From: Podarcis vaucheri
Lineage: Eukaryota
Reading direction: 5' to 3' (one strand)
DNA: 64,000 bases
Assembly: GCA_965113315.1 (NCBI GenBank)
Contig: OZ220366.1
Shown here: in pieces, positions 62,804 through 64,000 of the stretch
Layout: every line of letters begins with the position of its first letter
Position numbering within the stretch: the first letter of the stretch is position 1
The notes under the pieces: generated by a model
Seen by the model: only the letters and a program-made list of their open reading frames with translations
Told to the model about the DNA's origin: nothing
The model's database searches: none
Made by a program: the position numbers and the translations under genes

Positions 62804-63687
62804 ACAAAATGGTAATTTGTTGCTCATGCAATCATCAGGTAAACAGTATTTAATTATGGGCATGATTCTGGTTCCATAAGACACAACTTCTAACTGCTTG
62901 ATCCAAAGCCTATAAAAGTAAGTGGGAGCTTTTCCAGTTTGGTATCATGATACAAAAGAGAAGCGTTATGCTTACATGGAATGGTTTGCATACTACACTG
63001 TTAAAAACTGCAGGGATCCAGCTTCTTTCATTGAAACATCTGGTTCTGGCCTTTATGTTGTAGACAGAATTCATTATTTGCTGAGCCAGAAACCTGATAT
63101 GATATAGCAACTACTATGGCTCAGTTATAGGCTGTTGCTCCTTCATTCCAGCTAATTGTCTGAACCAATTTGGAAGATTCATTTCAACTTAATGCATACA
63201 CTGAAATATTTTCCAGTTGTGAAAATGCAAGCGTGGTCCATAACAGTTAGCAACTATCTGTGTTTTAACATATTATGACAAAATACAGTAAAGTAGTACA
63301 TGGTGCTGAAAAATTCTCTAAGGCTGCATATTACACAGATAGGATCCTCTCTCAATGATTATACAATATTTTTATTCAAAGCTCCAGCAATGCTCCTCAG
63401 TTTTCAGAATTCTAAGGATGAGTGGATTGTTCTCATTCAGACTCTGTCTTAGCCAGAACACAGAATGATGAACAAACTTTACATGTTTCCCCCCCACACA
63501 CAGTTTGAAAAATCTGAACAATTTGTCAACATGGAAACTTTCCTGACTGGGAAAGATGATCAGCTCCATTATGTGCTAAACTGCTAATTCATTTACACCA
63601 CATTGGAAGTGATCATTCCAAATCAGTGAATCATGTGCTATTCAGTTTCCAGAGTTATACTTTTCTCGACCTTGCAATAAAGGTGGA

Positions 63688-63822
63688 CAGTGGACCCACC
63701 GGATATGAATTAAATTCATTCTGGAGATCCGTCCGCAAACCAAAAAGTCCGTAGGCGGGTTTGCTGTGTTTGTAACCCGAAAGGTACGAATCCAGAGCAG
63801 TATGTAACTAGAGGGTCCACTG
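63688..63822. mobile_element. Short Tigger-like MITE
   Basis: CAGTGGACCC / GGGTCCACTG termini, TA on the right, internal 'ttaaattcattctggag' and 'gtaacccga' like the 42360 family. Confidence 0.75.
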
Positions 63823-64000
63823 TATTACAATTTGGTGTGAATTACTGCCATTCTTTGACAATTCTACTGGAACAACAACTGCGCTGCACGTAGGTCCAAA
63901 TCATGGGAAAGCACAGAAACAGCTAGAGAGGATTGTATGTGTGAAACAGGTCAAGCCTAGTGAATTGTACTTACAAAAGGTAAACTTGACTGAAGTGTTT

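Overview
AT-rich vertebrate genomic DNA, almost certainly from a lacertid lizard (Podarcis/Lacerta-like), judged by Sauria (Squam1-type) SINEs, a Squam3-type SINE with a (CTT)n tail, BovB/RTE 3' fragments, Rex1, L2/CR1 remnants and many hAT and Tc1/mariner-pogo MITEs. I found no host protein-coding exon, rRNA, true tRNA or CRISPR array. The ORF track is explained by chance or by TE remnants. Between the repeats are several AT-rich blocks dense in homeodomain/POU/RFX motifs that look like conserved non-coding elements, suggesting a gene desert or large intron near a developmental gene (inference). The most striking signal is a family of ~0.6-0.76 kb solo-LTR-like elements (five near-complete copies and one partial). 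Between the TATA-like box and the polyA signal they keep a nested, co-varying RNA secondary structure. It includes a stem with U-rich internal loops on both strands, which matches the ENE (poly(A) triple-helix) architecture, and a long-range stem overlapping the AATAAA. Other notable items are a 1.15 kb TSD-bounded non-autonomous L1-like element with a 5' YY1 motif, a 144 bp inverted local copy of a BovB insertion junction, and a hAT MITE with telomere-like tandem repeats nested in a Sauria SINE. Family names come from recognition by eye, not database searches.
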